Assembly: GCA_049520315.1 (NCBI GenBank)
Contig: JBEKPW010000002.1
Span: 38,909-102,908, forward strand
Direction of reading: 5' to 3'
Length of the DNA stretch: 64,000 bases
Origin: Syntrophobacteraceae bacterium
GTDB taxonomy: Bacteria > Desulfobacterota > Syntrophobacteria > Syntrophobacterales > Syntrophobacteraceae
This document shows positions 1-8,429 of the stretch, one piece after another. Both the position numbers and the translations under genes were made by a program. Position 1 is the stretch's first letter, and every line of letters begins with the position of its first letter. The notes beneath the pieces are model-generated. The model had not been told where the DNA came from, did not search any database, and saw nothing but the letters and a program-made list of their open reading frames with translations.

Positions 1-2
1 TG

Positions 3-479
3 GTTGCCGATGGCCAATGGAATCTCTGGGCCGCCATTATTGTAACCAGCACCGGTTCGTTAGTCGGGTCCGCAATCTCGTATACGATGGGCTACTATGG
101 AGGGAGGCCGTTTGTGCTGAAGGTCGGCAGATACCTGCTTCTCAACCCGCACGATCTTGAGTGGACGGAGGATTTTTTCAGCCGCAGAAAGGGGACCCTG
201 ACCCTTTTCGTCAGCCGGTTCATACCCGTTGTAAGACATCTTGTCTCAGTTCCCGCAGGGACAGGTAAAATGAAGCTTCTGCCTTTCCTTATGGCCACCC
301 TTGCCGGTGCGACTCTCTGGAATTCTTTCCTCCTTGTCTGCGGGATGTACCTCCGTGAAAGATGGAACCTTGTTCTACGCTATTCCCATCAGGTCGATAT
401 TGTGGTCGGGGCGGCCCTGCTTGCTGGACTGGTCTTTTTCGTGAAGCTGCGTTACAAAACCGCATTGAAAAAAAATTGA
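3..479 (+). CDS. DedA/VTT-domain membrane protein (5' end lies outside the window)
   Basis: Frame of listed ORF 87..479 stays open back to base 3 (VADGQWNLWAAIIVTSTGSLVGSAISYTMGYYGGRPF...). The GY-x2-GR core and following hydrophobic helices (FVSRFIPVVRHLVSVPAG) fit the DedA family. Confidence 0.7.
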   Translation, partial: VADGQWNLWAAIIVTSTGSLVGSAISYTMGYYGGRPFVLKVGRYLLLNPHDLEWTEDFFSRRKGTLTLFVSRFIPVVRHLVSVPAGTGKMKLLPFLMATLAGATLWNSFLLVCGMYLRERWNLVLRYSHQVDIVVGAALLAGLVFFVKLRYKTALKKN

Positions 480-511
480 GGAAGCTTTAATCGTTTTAAT
501 CCCTGAATTCC

Positions 512-2590
512 TCAGTTCGTCCTAATTCTTTCTTCGTGTGTCTCCTTGACCTGTCGATGATCGGTCTTCCCGTCTTCTCGTGAGTCCTCCGTAACTTCCT
601 GCTCCTCCAAAATCGCACTGCTTTCAGTTTCGGAAAGGACGCGAATGACGCTCTGCGCTACCTTCAGGGGGAGGCCGGCCCTCTCCAACTCGATGGCTGA
701 GGCTTCCTGGATTGCATCCAGGCTGCCGAAGTGCTGGAGGAGCATCTGTCTTCTGCCGGGACCTATTCCCGCAATACCGTCCAGCGCCGAGGTGAGAAGG
801 GAGGTCCTGTGTACGTTCTGATAGTGCGATATGGCGAACCGGTGGGCCTCGTCGCGTATTCGCTGGAGCAGGTGCAAAATGTCCGGATTCCGGTGCAGAA
901 AGAGGGGGTTCTTTCGACCGGGCAGATAAATTTTCTCGTATAGCCCTTTTCCCTTTTCCCCTATGTCTGATTCGCGTTCCTTGGCAATGGAGGCCACCGG
1001 GAGCGGCTCAGAAGTTCCGAGCTGCTCCAGCAGGTGCACGATCTTGTTCAACTGGCCTTTTCCGCCGTCGAGAAGGAGCAGATCGAGGCCTGCGGAAAGT
1101 TCCGGGTCGTTTTCAATAAGCCTGCCTATTACCTCGGCCATCATTGCCGGATCGTCGGGCTCGCTCGTAAGCCTTATCCGGTAGCGCCTGTAGGAATTCT
1201 TATCGGGGCGTCCGTGTTCAAAAACAACAACCGCCCCGACAGCGTGCTGTCCCTGGATGTTGGAGATGTCCACGCAGGCAATTCGGGCAGGCGTTCTCGG
1301 CAGCTTGAGGAGGCGCTGAAGACCTTCTATGAGCGCCGTATCCCGCCTCTGCCACCGCCTGCGGCTGATGAATCCCTCGCGGGCGTTGGCTTGCGCCATG
1401 TCGAGCAGATGTTTCCTGGCGCTTCTTTTGGCCGCCCAGACCCTCACGCGTTTTCCTTTCTTCTCCGATAGCCATTCCGAGAGAACCGTTTCGGAATCGA
1501 GCGAAACGGGGACGAGCACTTCATCGGGAATAAAGGCGCCTTCATAGTAGTATTGATGAATGAATGCCGAGATCAGCTCATGCTGATCCCCCTGGGCCTC
1601 CTTGAGGTCGAAAGCCCTCTGGCCGGAATGCACTCCCTGCCGGATAAAGAGGGCCACCAGTTCGCTCCGGTCTTCCTCCTGGTAGATGCCCAGCACGTCC
1701 TGGTCCAGGAAGCGGTCGGATACGACATGCTGCTTTTCGATTGTGGCCGCGATGTTTCGCAGCCGGTCGCGGTAGAAGGCGGCCAGTTCGAACTGCAGCG
1801 CCTCGGCGGCCTCGTGCATCCTTTTTTGAAGCTGTCTTTGAAGGATGTCGGTCTTGCCTTCCAGGAAGAGCACCACTTCCTCGACCATCTTCATGTACTC
1901 TTCCCGGGGAACTTTGCCTGCACAGGCGGCGAGACATTGGCCCATCGAAAAGTTCAGGCAGGGGCGTTCCCGCGGGATGAGCTTTTTACCCTTGCAAAGC
2001 CTGAGCGGGAAAAGCTGGTGCAGGTATTTGAGCGTGTCGCGGGCCGCTCGAGCCGATGTATAGGGGCCGAAGTATATCGCTCCGTCTTTTTGAAATCGCC
2101 GTACTATGTCCAGCCTGGGGTAGGGGTCACGAGGGTCGATCCGGATCGAAAGGTAGTTTTTGTCGTCGCGAAGCACGACATTGTAGCGCGGGCGGTGTTT
2201 CTTTATGAGGCTGGCTTCGAGGAGCAGCGCCTCCTTCTCGGATGATGTAATGGCGTATTCGACGTTGGCGGCCTTGGCGAGCATGATCCTGGTCTTGACA
2301 TCTACTGCGTCACCACCCCGGAAATAATTGCCGATCCTTTTCCTCAGGTCCCGGGCCTTTCCGATGTAAAGGATAACCCTGTCTGCATCCTTGAACATGT
2401 ATATACCGGGCAGGTGCGGAAACGCGGATATCCGGCTCACAAGTGCGGCGGGGCGGTCGGACCGCCAGCCAGGTTCGCCACTCAAACCTTCGGCAGCGGC
2501 TGGGTTCTCAGTCTTCCCGGATTGGGCGAGCTTATCATCGATATCCGGCCCAACGGGTCCGTTTTGGTTTTCGACTTCAGGTTCGAGCAT
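512..2590 (-). CDS. uvrC: Excinuclease ABC subunit C
   Basis: 692-aa ORF with a GIY-YIG N-terminus (PGIYMFKDADRVILYIGKARDLRKRIGNYF) and a C-terminal HhH region (GIGPGRRQMLLQHFGSLDAIQEAS). Confidence 0.95.
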   Translation of the reverse strand: MLEPEVENQNGPVGPDIDDKLAQSGKTENPAAAEGLSGEPGWRSDRPAALVSRISAFPHLPGIYMFKDADRVILYIGKARDLRKRIGNYFRGGDAVDVKTRIMLAKAANVEYAITSSEKEALLLEASLIKKHRPRYNVVLRDDKNYLSIRIDPRDPYPRLDIVRRFQKDGAIYFGPYTSARAARDTLKYLHQLFPLRLCKGKKLIPRERPCLNFSMGQCLAACAGKVPREEYMKMVEEVVLFLEGKTDILQRQLQKRMHEAAEALQFELAAFYRDRLRNIAATIEKQHVVSDRFLDQDVLGIYQEEDRSELVALFIRQGVHSGQRAFDLKEAQGDQHELISAFIHQYYYEGAFIPDEVLVPVSLDSETVLSEWLSEKKGKRVRVWAAKRSARKHLLDMAQANAREGFISRRRWQRRDTALIEGLQRLLKLPRTPARIACVDISNIQGQHAVGAVVVFEHGRPDKNSYRRYRIRLTSEPDDPAMMAEVIGRLIENDPELSAGLDLLLLDGGKGQLNKIVHLLEQLGTSEPLPVASIAKERESDIGEKGKGLYEKIYLPGRKNPLFLHRNPDILHLLQRIRDEAHRFAISHYQNVHRTSLLTSALDGIAGIGPGRRQMLLQHFGSLDAIQEASAIELERAGLPLKVAQSVIRVLSETESSAILEEQEVTEDSREDGKTDHRQVKETHEERIRTN

Positions 2591-2675
2591 TTTTGTATCT
2601 GTTTCTCAGTTACCGGAATCTTGATTATGCCAAATTCAATTATAGCACAGAAGCCGTAAGCACTCACCAAAGCGA

Positions 2676-2877
2676 TTCACTCCAGAGGCGGGGCATGAAC
2701 AGGCCCGGGAGAGGCAGAAGCACTCAGACAGGATTGACGGGAAAACAGCGGGTCAAAGGCAAAAGACCTTTGGCAGGATTAACGGGACAAGAACGGGCCA
2801 AAGGCATTTTTGCCTCTTCGTCCTCTTCTTGTCCGGACCCTGTCCCGCCTCTGTGGTGGAATCCTGTCTTTGGCTTT
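2676..2877. repeat. MITE-like palindromic intergenic element, copy E1
   Basis: Degenerate left terminus ATTCACTCCAGAGGC (about 2676) and right terminus CCTCTGTGGTGGAATCCTGTCTTTGGCTTT (2848-2877). The interior holds two tandem 45-bp units (2727-2771, 2772-2816), each containing CAGGATTRACGGGA. Confidence 0.6.
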
Positions 2878-2887
2878 CAGGGGAGGA

Positions 2888-4027
2888 CTAAAAGTGTTCC
2901 TCACCCCTTCTGCGTGACGAAACAACCCTTATCTGTCCACGTTCCGGAGTCAATACGCTCTGCTGCCAGTTGTCGGCAACGGCTGCTTCCGGGACCCAGG
3001 GCGGCAGAGCCAGGCGAAAATGCGTTGAGAGGGCAAAAAGAAAGGGCTCATACATGCCTCGAAGTTCCATCAGCTTCAGATCCGCTTCATCTCCAGTGCG
3101 GGGTCGCAAACCAGCCGCCATTAACCTGGATCTCAAGTTAGTCAGTTGAGTGGGTGGAAGACGGTCAGGATCAGGCCATCGGGGCGTAACTCCGAAAATC
3201 AACGAAAGGTCCACGACAGCGTGCCTCGCCATGGCAAAAGTCATTTGCGCCTGACGCACGCAAGCCCCTTCCAGGCCAACCATTACGAATGCGCTGATAT
3301 CCAAAATGGCGGCCAGCGCAGCGAGCCATGACTGGTTATCGTGTTGAGACCTCCAGTAGGCGAGTACCGGATATGACAGGTTGCTTTCGAGCAATTCCGC
3401 AGACCATCTTTCCCACTCGCGCAAAATCTCCCGGATAGATTCCATGCCATACTCGTCGTGGTGCCTGTAAAGCATTTCGGCAGCCGTAGGAGGCGAACCT
3501 GCTCGGGCATCTAAAAGCGATATGTTTACCTCACGCCTTGAAAAGGACTGATTTAAACCCGGCAGGTAGCCGATGACAAGCGCCAGAAAACCAAGCCCTG
3601 TTCCACCCTCTGCTACTGTCAGAAATCGCCCGAAAGGCGTTAGTGCCCGCACATCGCCCAATCCGATCGTGAAGAAAGTCGTTCCGCTGTAATAAAGATT
3701 TGTTACGAGGCTTTTCTGGTCTTCCGATATGACCGAGGTTCCCCAAAACAGGAGCCCGAAACCCAGGATCAGCATAAAGGCCCATAAACCCAGGAGCACT
3801 ATTAAAGAGAGCGGCCCGTAGATACTCAATAAATTCTCTCTCAAGTGCCTGGCCGATATCGGGTGTACAACCGCTTTCCATACACGCCATGTCACCCGGT
3901 AAAAAATGCGGGCCATCCGTACCCGCCGGGTAACCCGGCGCGGAAAAATGACAGTTTCGAACGCCTCCCACAGCACAGCGACTATCAGTAAAGCGCCGAT
4001 AATGGTGATAGCGATTGACATATTCAT
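2888..4027 (-). CDS. K+-channel-like (two-TM pore) membrane protein with long cytoplasmic C-terminal domain
   Basis: ORF 2888..4102, with the start moved to ATG 4027 (or 4021) just downstream of AGGAGGGAG. A pore/filter-like FFTIGLGDV lies between hydrophobic helices. I recognise no motif in the C-terminal ~220 aa. Confidence 0.7.
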   Translation of the reverse strand: MNMSIAITIIGALLIVAVLWEAFETVIFPRRVTRRVRMARIFYRVTWRVWKAVVHPISARHLRENLLSIYGPLSLIVLLGLWAFMLILGFGLLFWGTSVISEDQKSLVTNLYYSGTTFFTIGLGDVRALTPFGRFLTVAEGGTGLGFLALVIGYLPGLNQSFSRREVNISLLDARAGSPPTAAEMLYRHHDEYGMESIREILREWERWSAELLESNLSYPVLAYWRSQHDNQSWLAALAAILDISAFVMVGLEGACVRQAQMTFAMARHAVVDLSLIFGVTPRWPDPDRLPPTQLTNLRSRLMAAGLRPRTGDEADLKLMELRGMYEPFLFALSTHFRLALPPWVPEAAVADNWQQSVLTPERGQIRVVSSRRRGEEHF

Positions 4028-4042
4028 CTCCCTCCTGGAATC

Positions 4043-4090
4043 GGGAAGCAGGAAGCCGGGAGCGGGGAGCCGGGAGCAGGGAGCGGGAAT
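4043..4090 (+). repeat. Purine-rich octamer tandem repeat (GGRAGCNG)n
   Basis: GGGAAGCAGGAAGCCGGGAGCGGGGAGCCGGGAGCAGGGAGCGGGAAT, upstream of the channel gene. It contains at least four GGG runs with 3-5 nt spacers. Confidence 0.8.
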
Positions 4091-4311
4091 AAAAAAAACC
4101 ATGCGTCCCTCTCGGTCATAGCTCCGGGTTATTCGTGCTTCTTGCCTTTTTCATCTTGCTCCTGTAATTGAAGATAATGGTCCGTTGCGCTTCAAGCACG
4201 GCTTGCATCCTGAATTACTTTCTCCGGTCAGATCGATCTCGGGGTTATTCTCAATCCAAAAGGATGTGGACAGGGTAGGGGAATTTTGTTAAATAAGCGG
4301 CACTATTAGAT

Positions 4312-4385
4312 CGGGACGTGGCTCAGCCTGGTAGAGCGCTGCGTTCGGGACGCAGAGGTCGCTGGTTCGAATCCAGTCGTCCCGA
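4312..4385 (+). tRNA. tRNA-Pro (anticodon CGG), no encoded CCA
   Basis: Folds by hand into a cloverleaf: acceptor CGGGACG/CGTCCCG, D arm GCTC-AGCCTGGTA-GAGC, anticodon arm CTGCG-TTCGGGA-CGCAG, T arm GCTGG-TTCGAAT-CCAGT, discriminator A. 74 nt. Confidence 0.93.
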
Positions 4386-4602
4386 TCAGAAAAATTGCTT
4401 TCTTTTATCCTCTGTGCAATAACCTGCCTTGAGTAAATTGGACTACCCGTCGGGCCCCTGCTTATGGATTTTTTGAAGTATTGCCTTGTGTTATAATCGC
4501 TATCAATTGGCGAAGCTCGTAGGGTGGGGGAGCGTAGCGCGGTAGCCGAATCGTGTTCGTTTTTCTTAATTTGCGAAGTTTTCCTGAAGGTGAAGCAGAC
4601 CA

Positions 4603-4935
4603 GTGGGAAGGAAACGGCCCGGAAAAGTCGATAGGGTGCTCGCTGAAGCAAAAGCGTTGCTGAGCGCCCAATACGCCGATCGTCTGAAGGGGATCGTTCT
4701 TTTCGGTTCCTATGCCCGCGGGGATTTTGCAGAAGAATCGGATATCGACTTATTGGTGTTGCTGAGGCCTCTCCCCGACCCACTTGAAGAACTCGAGCGC
4801 ATCTTTCCGGCAATTTGCGACCTTTCGCTTAAGCATGATGTTGTTTTATCTCTGGTCCTCATGGATCTTGATGCGTTCCGTTCCCGGAGGACCCCCCTTA
4901 TTCTAAACGCAGGGAAGGAAGGGGTCTGGATATGA
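4603..4935 (+). CDS. Nucleotidyltransferase-domain protein (MNT-type antitoxin partner of HEPN)
   Basis: GS-x-AR-G-x(n)-SDIDLLV motif (LFGSYARGDFAEESDIDLLVL). The stop overlaps the next ORF's ATG (ATGA). The start could instead be GTG 4636. Confidence 0.8.
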   Translation: MGRKRPGKVDRVLAEAKALLSAQYADRLKGIVLFGSYARGDFAEESDIDLLVLLRPLPDPLEELERIFPAICDLSLKHDVVLSLVLMDLDAFRSRRTPLILNAGKEGVWI

Positions 4936-5222
4936 CAGAGGGTGTCCGGGAGCTTTTGGACAAGTCGCTGCAGAGCATCCGTGCAGCTGAACTGCTCCTG
5001 AGGGAAGGCTACTTCAGTTTTGCGGCGAGCAGGGCTTACTATTCTATGTTCTACCCGGTTGAAGCGTTGTTGTTGACCCGTGAGCTTTCCTTTTCCAAGC
5101 ATTCTGGCGCGATCGTTGCCTTTGGCAAAGAGTCTGTCAAGACCGGCGCTTTCGATAGTCATTTCCACAGGTACCTTCTCCTGACCAGTTGCATCAACGT
5201 GCTGATTAATGCGAAAAAATAA
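4932..5222 (+). CDS. HEPN-domain protein, C-terminus truncated or diverged
   Basis: AASRAYYSMFYPVEALLLTRELSFSKHSGAIVAFGKESVKTG...FHRYLL matches the HEPN family up to FHRYLL. It then ends in unrelated sequence (LTSCINVLINAKK) where the family normally continues with the AF-x-x-R-x-x-x-DY segment. Confidence 0.6.
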   Translation: MTEGVRELLDKSLQSIRAAELLLREGYFSFAASRAYYSMFYPVEALLLTRELSFSKHSGAIVAFGKESVKTGAFDSHFHRYLLLTSCINVLINAKK

Positions 5223-5402
5223 GACAAATTCCTCCGAAGTTTGGTGCCTGTTGCTTTCATGTCGGACATTTCCCCTATCAAAGTTCGTGGCAATTGACAC
5301 GAAACAAGGACGGTTTTACTTTAATAGAAGATGTTTTCTGCCTAAATTACAATGGCTTGCATGCATCAGAGAAGGGATGCTTAGATCTTCTGGAGAGCTA
5401 AA

Positions 5403-5636
5403 ATGAGCAAAAAACTGATTCTCGGATTAGCGTTGGCGTCCGTGCTGGTCGGTGGCCCATTTATTGGGGCGAGGGCCGATGACATAAGCGTCTCGTGTTG
5501 GGCTGGATTTTGTCCAGCTCAGCAAGAAGATACGAACCAAGCGCAAAGAGATTATGACAAACCGGATGCAACCAGCCAGGACGCAAATCGGTACGGTCCG
5601 ACTGATCCGGAGCCGATGGGTTCGCCCGGCTTCTGA
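5403..5636 (+). CDS. Small secreted hypothetical protein (77 aa)
   Basis: GGAGAG RBS 6 nt upstream of the ATG. Signal-peptide-like N-terminus MSKKLILGLALASVLVGGPFIGARA, and a mature part with 2 Cys that is acidic and Pro-rich. No family recognised. Confidence 0.5.
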   Translation: MSKKLILGLALASVLVGGPFIGARADDISVSCWAGFCPAQQEDTNQAQRDYDKPDATSQDANRYGPTDPEPMGSPGF

Positions 5637-6128
5637 GCGGTCGAAATATGAGCACGCAGGGATTGGGATGCCGCAGCCTGAGTGAGTAAAGGGTTGCGCT
5701 GCATCCCTTCCCCGCAGTTAGCATTTAGCATATTCGGTAGCGAGGCGGAGACGCCGATCATCCGCAACAAGCATGGGGGATTCCAGCGGTGTCCCTGGTG
5801 CCGCTTGACTCTGGCCGAGGTCTTGCGTGGTGGAAGGCAGGCCCATGAATGGCTCTACTGACCGGAGGAAGTCTACGCGCCCGGGAATTCATCGTTTACC
5901 GATGCCTTGCTGAATAACCATTTCCCTCAAAGAATGACCAGACTTAAAATCGGTTTCAGAAGTGGCAGGGCGCCCTCGGCCCGCACAACTATTTCGATGC
6001 TGCCATTATGTGACCCGAACCAGCACTCAGACGCTGCGGCCAATATCCGTTCTGTTCTAAAGTGTTCTGCTTTAAAATACTCTAAGAAGAAAAAATCAAA
6101 GAAAGCAGTCAATTAGGAGCAAGTGAAT

Positions 6129-6176
6129 GCGTTCGGGATGCAGAGGTCGCTGGTTCGAATCCAGTCGTCCCGATCA
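6129..6176 (+). repeat. Direct repeat of the tRNA-Pro(CGG) 3' part (att-like)
   Basis: GCGTTCGGGATGCAGAGGTCGCTGGTTCGAATCCAGTCGTCCCGATCA versus tRNA positions 4341-4388; 47/48 identical. Confidence 0.85.
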
Positions 6177-6454
6177 AAAATTTCATATCTGCAAAATTAA
6201 ATGTTTCCATCTGAAAACCTCCCTGCTTTTTTGCCCCTATGCGTGGTCGGGGCTCCACAATTGTGATTCACAGGTTATCCTTCCTGTATTAAAATAGTTA
6301 AAATAGTTAAAAAGACAAATTGGCAAATTGGCCGATGCAGGAGAAAACCAATGCTGACGAAGACCATCGATCTCAAAAAAGAGCCACCGGATTTGCAGGG
6401 CTTATCTTTGTCCCAGCGGACTGCCGGCCGATGCTGATTTCGTTGTTGGACGTC

Positions 6455-7171
6455 ATGAAACCCATCCTGTCTGTAGCCATACCGGCACACAACGAGGAGA
6501 AATACATAGCGCGGTGCATTCAAAGCATCGCTCTATCCGCTCGCCTTGCCGTTCACCCCGTAGAAGTTGTCGTGGCACTCAATCGTTGTGCGGATAGAAC
6601 CCAAGAAATCGCTGAATCCCTCGGTGCTCGTTGCGTTGTCGAAAATACGAAATGCATCGCGACCGTTAGAAACGCCGCTGTGCGCGCGTCGTCCGCGCCA
6701 GCGGTTGCCACGCTGGACGCCGACAGCTGGATGTCACCGAACACCGTCTCCGAGGTCATCAAGCGCGTCTACGACGCGCGCTACGTTGGGGGCGGCTCAG
6801 TGATCAAGCCGGAGCGTGTTTCTGTGGGGATCTTCCTCAGCCTCCTTGTGGTGGCCCCCTATGTCGTCACGCAGCGTGTGTCAGCGGGGATGTTCTGGTT
6901 CTTACGCGAGTCGTTCAATGCGCTCGGCGGATTCGATGAATCGCTGATCAGCGTCGAAGACCTGGACTTTGCGCTACGCCTCAAGGCATTTGGCAAAGCT
7001 CGAGGGAAGCGATTTGGCACCATCTGGCGCCATGGCATCACGACATCATGCCGCAAATTCGACAGGTTTGGAGACTGGCATCTCTTTCGCAATCCGCGTC
7101 TCGTAAGGGAAATTTTTTCGGGCACGAACAGACGCGCGGCAGACCACTTTTACTACGAGGTCGACCGATGA
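6455..7171 (+). CDS. Family 2 glycosyltransferase
   Basis: MKPILSVAIPAHNEEKYIARCIQS is a classic GT2 N-terminus, with LDADS (DxD-like) and ED..FALRL downstream. Start chosen at ATG 6455 within ORF 6320..7171. Confidence 0.8.
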   Translation: MKPILSVAIPAHNEEKYIARCIQSIALSARLAVHPVEVVVALNRCADRTQEIAESLGARCVVENTKCIATVRNAAVRASSAPAVATLDADSWMSPNTVSEVIKRVYDARYVGGGSVIKPERVSVGIFLSLLVVAPYVVTQRVSAGMFWFLRESFNALGGFDESLISVEDLDFALRLKAFGKARGKRFGTIWRHGITTSCRKFDRFGDWHLFRNPRLVREIFSGTNRRAADHFYYEVDR

Positions 7172-7372
7172 CGCCCGACAATTCCATCAAGCGGGCTTTA
7201 GTCCCTTCTAATTACCCAACAATGACACCAAACGATGAACGGCCGAACATGATGAAGGGATACCAGACTTTCCTTTTCCAACCAAAAGCCACTTGAAAAG
7301 TATAAGGTACTGCCATCCACTGAAAAATGTGCTATGCCTTCAAACCGTCACCCACGATCCCGGAGTAAGCGG

Positions 7373-7603
7373 ATGGACGCCATTAACAGGATCGAACTGA
7401 ATCCGAGAGTATGCAACGGAAGACCAGTCATCAAAGGGACTCGAATTCCAGTTTCGATAATCCTGGAACAGATTGCTGAAGGGCAAGCCTGGGATACTCT
7501 CCTGGGAGATTATCCTGAATTGACGAGAGAAGATATCCAGGCCGCTCTTTTCTATGCCAGGTCGTGTCTTGACCATTCGGAGATAAGAGCGGTTGGCGCC
7601 TGA
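7373..7603 (+). CDS. DUF433-domain protein (antitoxin-like)
   Basis: NPRVCNGRPVIKGTRIPVSIILEQIAEGQAWDTLLGDYPELTREDIQAALFYA is the DUF433 signature. GGAG lies 8 nt upstream of ATG 7373. Confidence 0.8.
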   Translation: MDAINRIELNPRVCNGRPVIKGTRIPVSIILEQIAEGQAWDTLLGDYPELTREDIQAALFYARSCLDHSEIRAVGA

Positions 7604-7772
7604 ACCCTACAGGCTGTACCTCGATCAGATGTTTGGAGTCCACTTGGCCTCGGCGTTGCAGGCTGCGGGGTTCGATGTTATGCGTGCCTCAGAAGCCGGC
7701 CAATCGCGAGCCGATGACGCTCAGATCCTCCGGAAGGCTATCGATGAAAAGAGGGTACTTATAACTCAATAG
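7593..7772 (+). pseudogene. Truncated DUF5615 (PIN-like/Mut7-C) toxin remnant
   Basis: My translation (TTG)APEPYRLYLDQMFGVHLASALQAAGFDVMRASEAGQSRADDAQILRKAIDEKRVLITQ* matches the N-terminal half of DUF5615 partners of DUF433. It ends after ~59 aa where the AT-rich segment begins. Confidence 0.6.
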
Positions 7773-7797
7773 CACAATACATGAGGTAAGACGTTAA

Positions 7798-8226
7798 ATG
7801 ATTGCACATATCATAAGAATCTTTTCCAGCGATGTAGAAGTAGAAGTGAACCATGACTATTTTAGTTTCAGGCGTAAAGGACAGGAAATTAACTTTAGGA
7901 CTGTTATCTACATATCAAATGATGGTGGGAAACCACGTGTACTTGGTGTTGGCGATAGTCCAGTAATTACAGAATCAAATATCAGAATTGATCTTTTCAA
8001 GCCAGAAGCGCAGGGTGTTGAATTTGTTGCCAAAGCCGAATGTCTTGACGCTTTTTTCAGATACTGCATCAGAAAGACGCTAGGTCACCGTACAGTGATC
8101 AGGCCGCGAATTCTCTTTAGCAACTCAGAATCTTTGAGAACGATTCTGTGTGGGTATCAGAGAATCATATTGAGCCGTGCTGCTATGAATGCGGGTGCTC
8201 GTGAATGCTTATTTACGATAAAATAA
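7798..8226 (+). CDS. Hypothetical protein, AT-rich orphan (142 aa)
   Basis: GAGGT RBS ~10 nt upstream. Visibly lower GC than the flanks. No motif recognised with confidence. Confidence 0.5.
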   Translation: MIAHIIRIFSSDVEVEVNHDYFSFRRKGQEINFRTVIYISNDGGKPRVLGVGDSPVITESNIRIDLFKPEAQGVEFVAKAECLDAFFRYCIRKTLGHRTVIRPRILFSNSESLRTILCGYQRIILSRAAMNAGARECLFTIK

Positions 8227-8429
8227 CTGGGCGAAAGGTTGGCAAGTGTCCCGTTGCATGAAACTTTCTAGCGTTGTTCCTGACTTCGCAGCCTGACCGG
8301 AACCCCGAAACTGGGCGAAAAATAGTGGAGCCTCGCAAATGGAACGGGTTTCAAAACTTGGACCATGCCGCACGAATGCAGGGGTCAAGCAGTGGGGAGG
8401 GCAGTGATAATAAAATCGATGACTTAGCC

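Larger units (their letters stand above)
4386..6176. mobile_element. Putative decayed integrated islet 1 at the tRNA-Pro 3' end (no integrase)
   Basis: Bounded by the tRNA 3' end and a 48-nt direct repeat of it (6129-6176, 1 mismatch). Cargo is an MNT/HEPN pair and a small secreted peptide. Confidence 0.5.

Noticed and set aside
2443-3141. ORFs reading through intergenic repeats: 2443..3141, 4289..4813 (which crosses the tRNA), 41605..42033, 42404..43009, 53316..53588 and 22312..22575.
   Set aside because: Their 'protein' sequences are translations of the repeat families (LTGLTG, KNFDRINR, EQEARSKEQEA, SPQSSVLSPQ and similar) or overlap a tRNA. They lack starts with an RBS.
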